A DNA stretch of 61,621 bases, counting the filler, from Sphacelaria rigidula (lineage: Eukaryota), in assembly GCA_964200075.2 (NCBI GenBank). It is 8 parts of 8 records of this genome, joined end to end, with 100 filler letters (N's around TTAATTAATTAA, not from the genome) between each part and the next. Parts side by side here need not be neighbours in the genome. Positions count along the whole stretch, not along the records: positions 54,008 to 61,621 come from CAXNAA020014086.1; 7 more parts are not named here. One strand, 5' to 3'. A program made the translations under genes and the position numbers. Shown here piece after piece: positions 61,416 to 61,621 of this stretch (within the stretch, counting starts at the first letter, position 1; every line of letters begins with the position of its first letter). The notes under the pieces were generated by a model that worked only from the letters and a program-made list of their open reading frames with translations, searched no databases and was not told the origin of the DNA.

Positions 61416-61621
61416 CGAAAGGGGAGCCAAGACTCTAGCGGGATGTCGACCCCTACATCCCGTAGGAGGCGGAGGGCATGAGTAAACCCTCCACAGGAGT
61501 TGAGGGCATCCCACAGAGGCCAATGACATGATATTAGATCCTCTGCGCGGTTATATGACCTGTGACGGTTTAAGAGACAACCAACTAGACTACTGACAAG
61601 TCAGCGCTGACCTGTATCTCT

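Overview
This window is not one locus. It is eight unrelated, length-sorted scaffolds of about 7.6 kb (1-7616, 7717-15332, 15433-23048, 23149-30763, 30864-38478, 38579-46193, 46294-53907, 54008-61621), joined by artificial N44-TTAATTAATTAA-N44 linkers. The DNA is eukaryotic, repeat-rich and intron-rich (GT-AG exons, a U6 snRNA, TTAGGG-type tracts). It is most consistent with a stramenopile, probably a brown alga; that assignment is inference. Almost all six-frame ORFs are spurious. Well-supported content: a U6 snRNA gene with TATA box and oligo-T terminator but a non-canonical internal stem-loop; first coding exons of a Kelch-repeat protein and an SLC25 carrier; a few unidentified exons; a complete decayed Ty3/Gypsy LTR element nested in another repeat; a tRNA-derived SINE family; and many non-autonomous DNA transposons (hAT-like with 8-bp TSD, piggyBac-like with TTAA, Tourist/PIF-like with TAA, Tc1/mariner-like with TA, long foldbacks). 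The most unusual structures are a palindromic composite at 56306-56833 (two inverted piggyBac-like MITEs around an inner TIR unit with tRNA-like halves in permuted order), the variant U6, a dispersed element carrying telomere-like repeats, and patchy LTR-LTR identity. No CRISPR array or prokaryotic system is present. Alignments and counts were done by eye.
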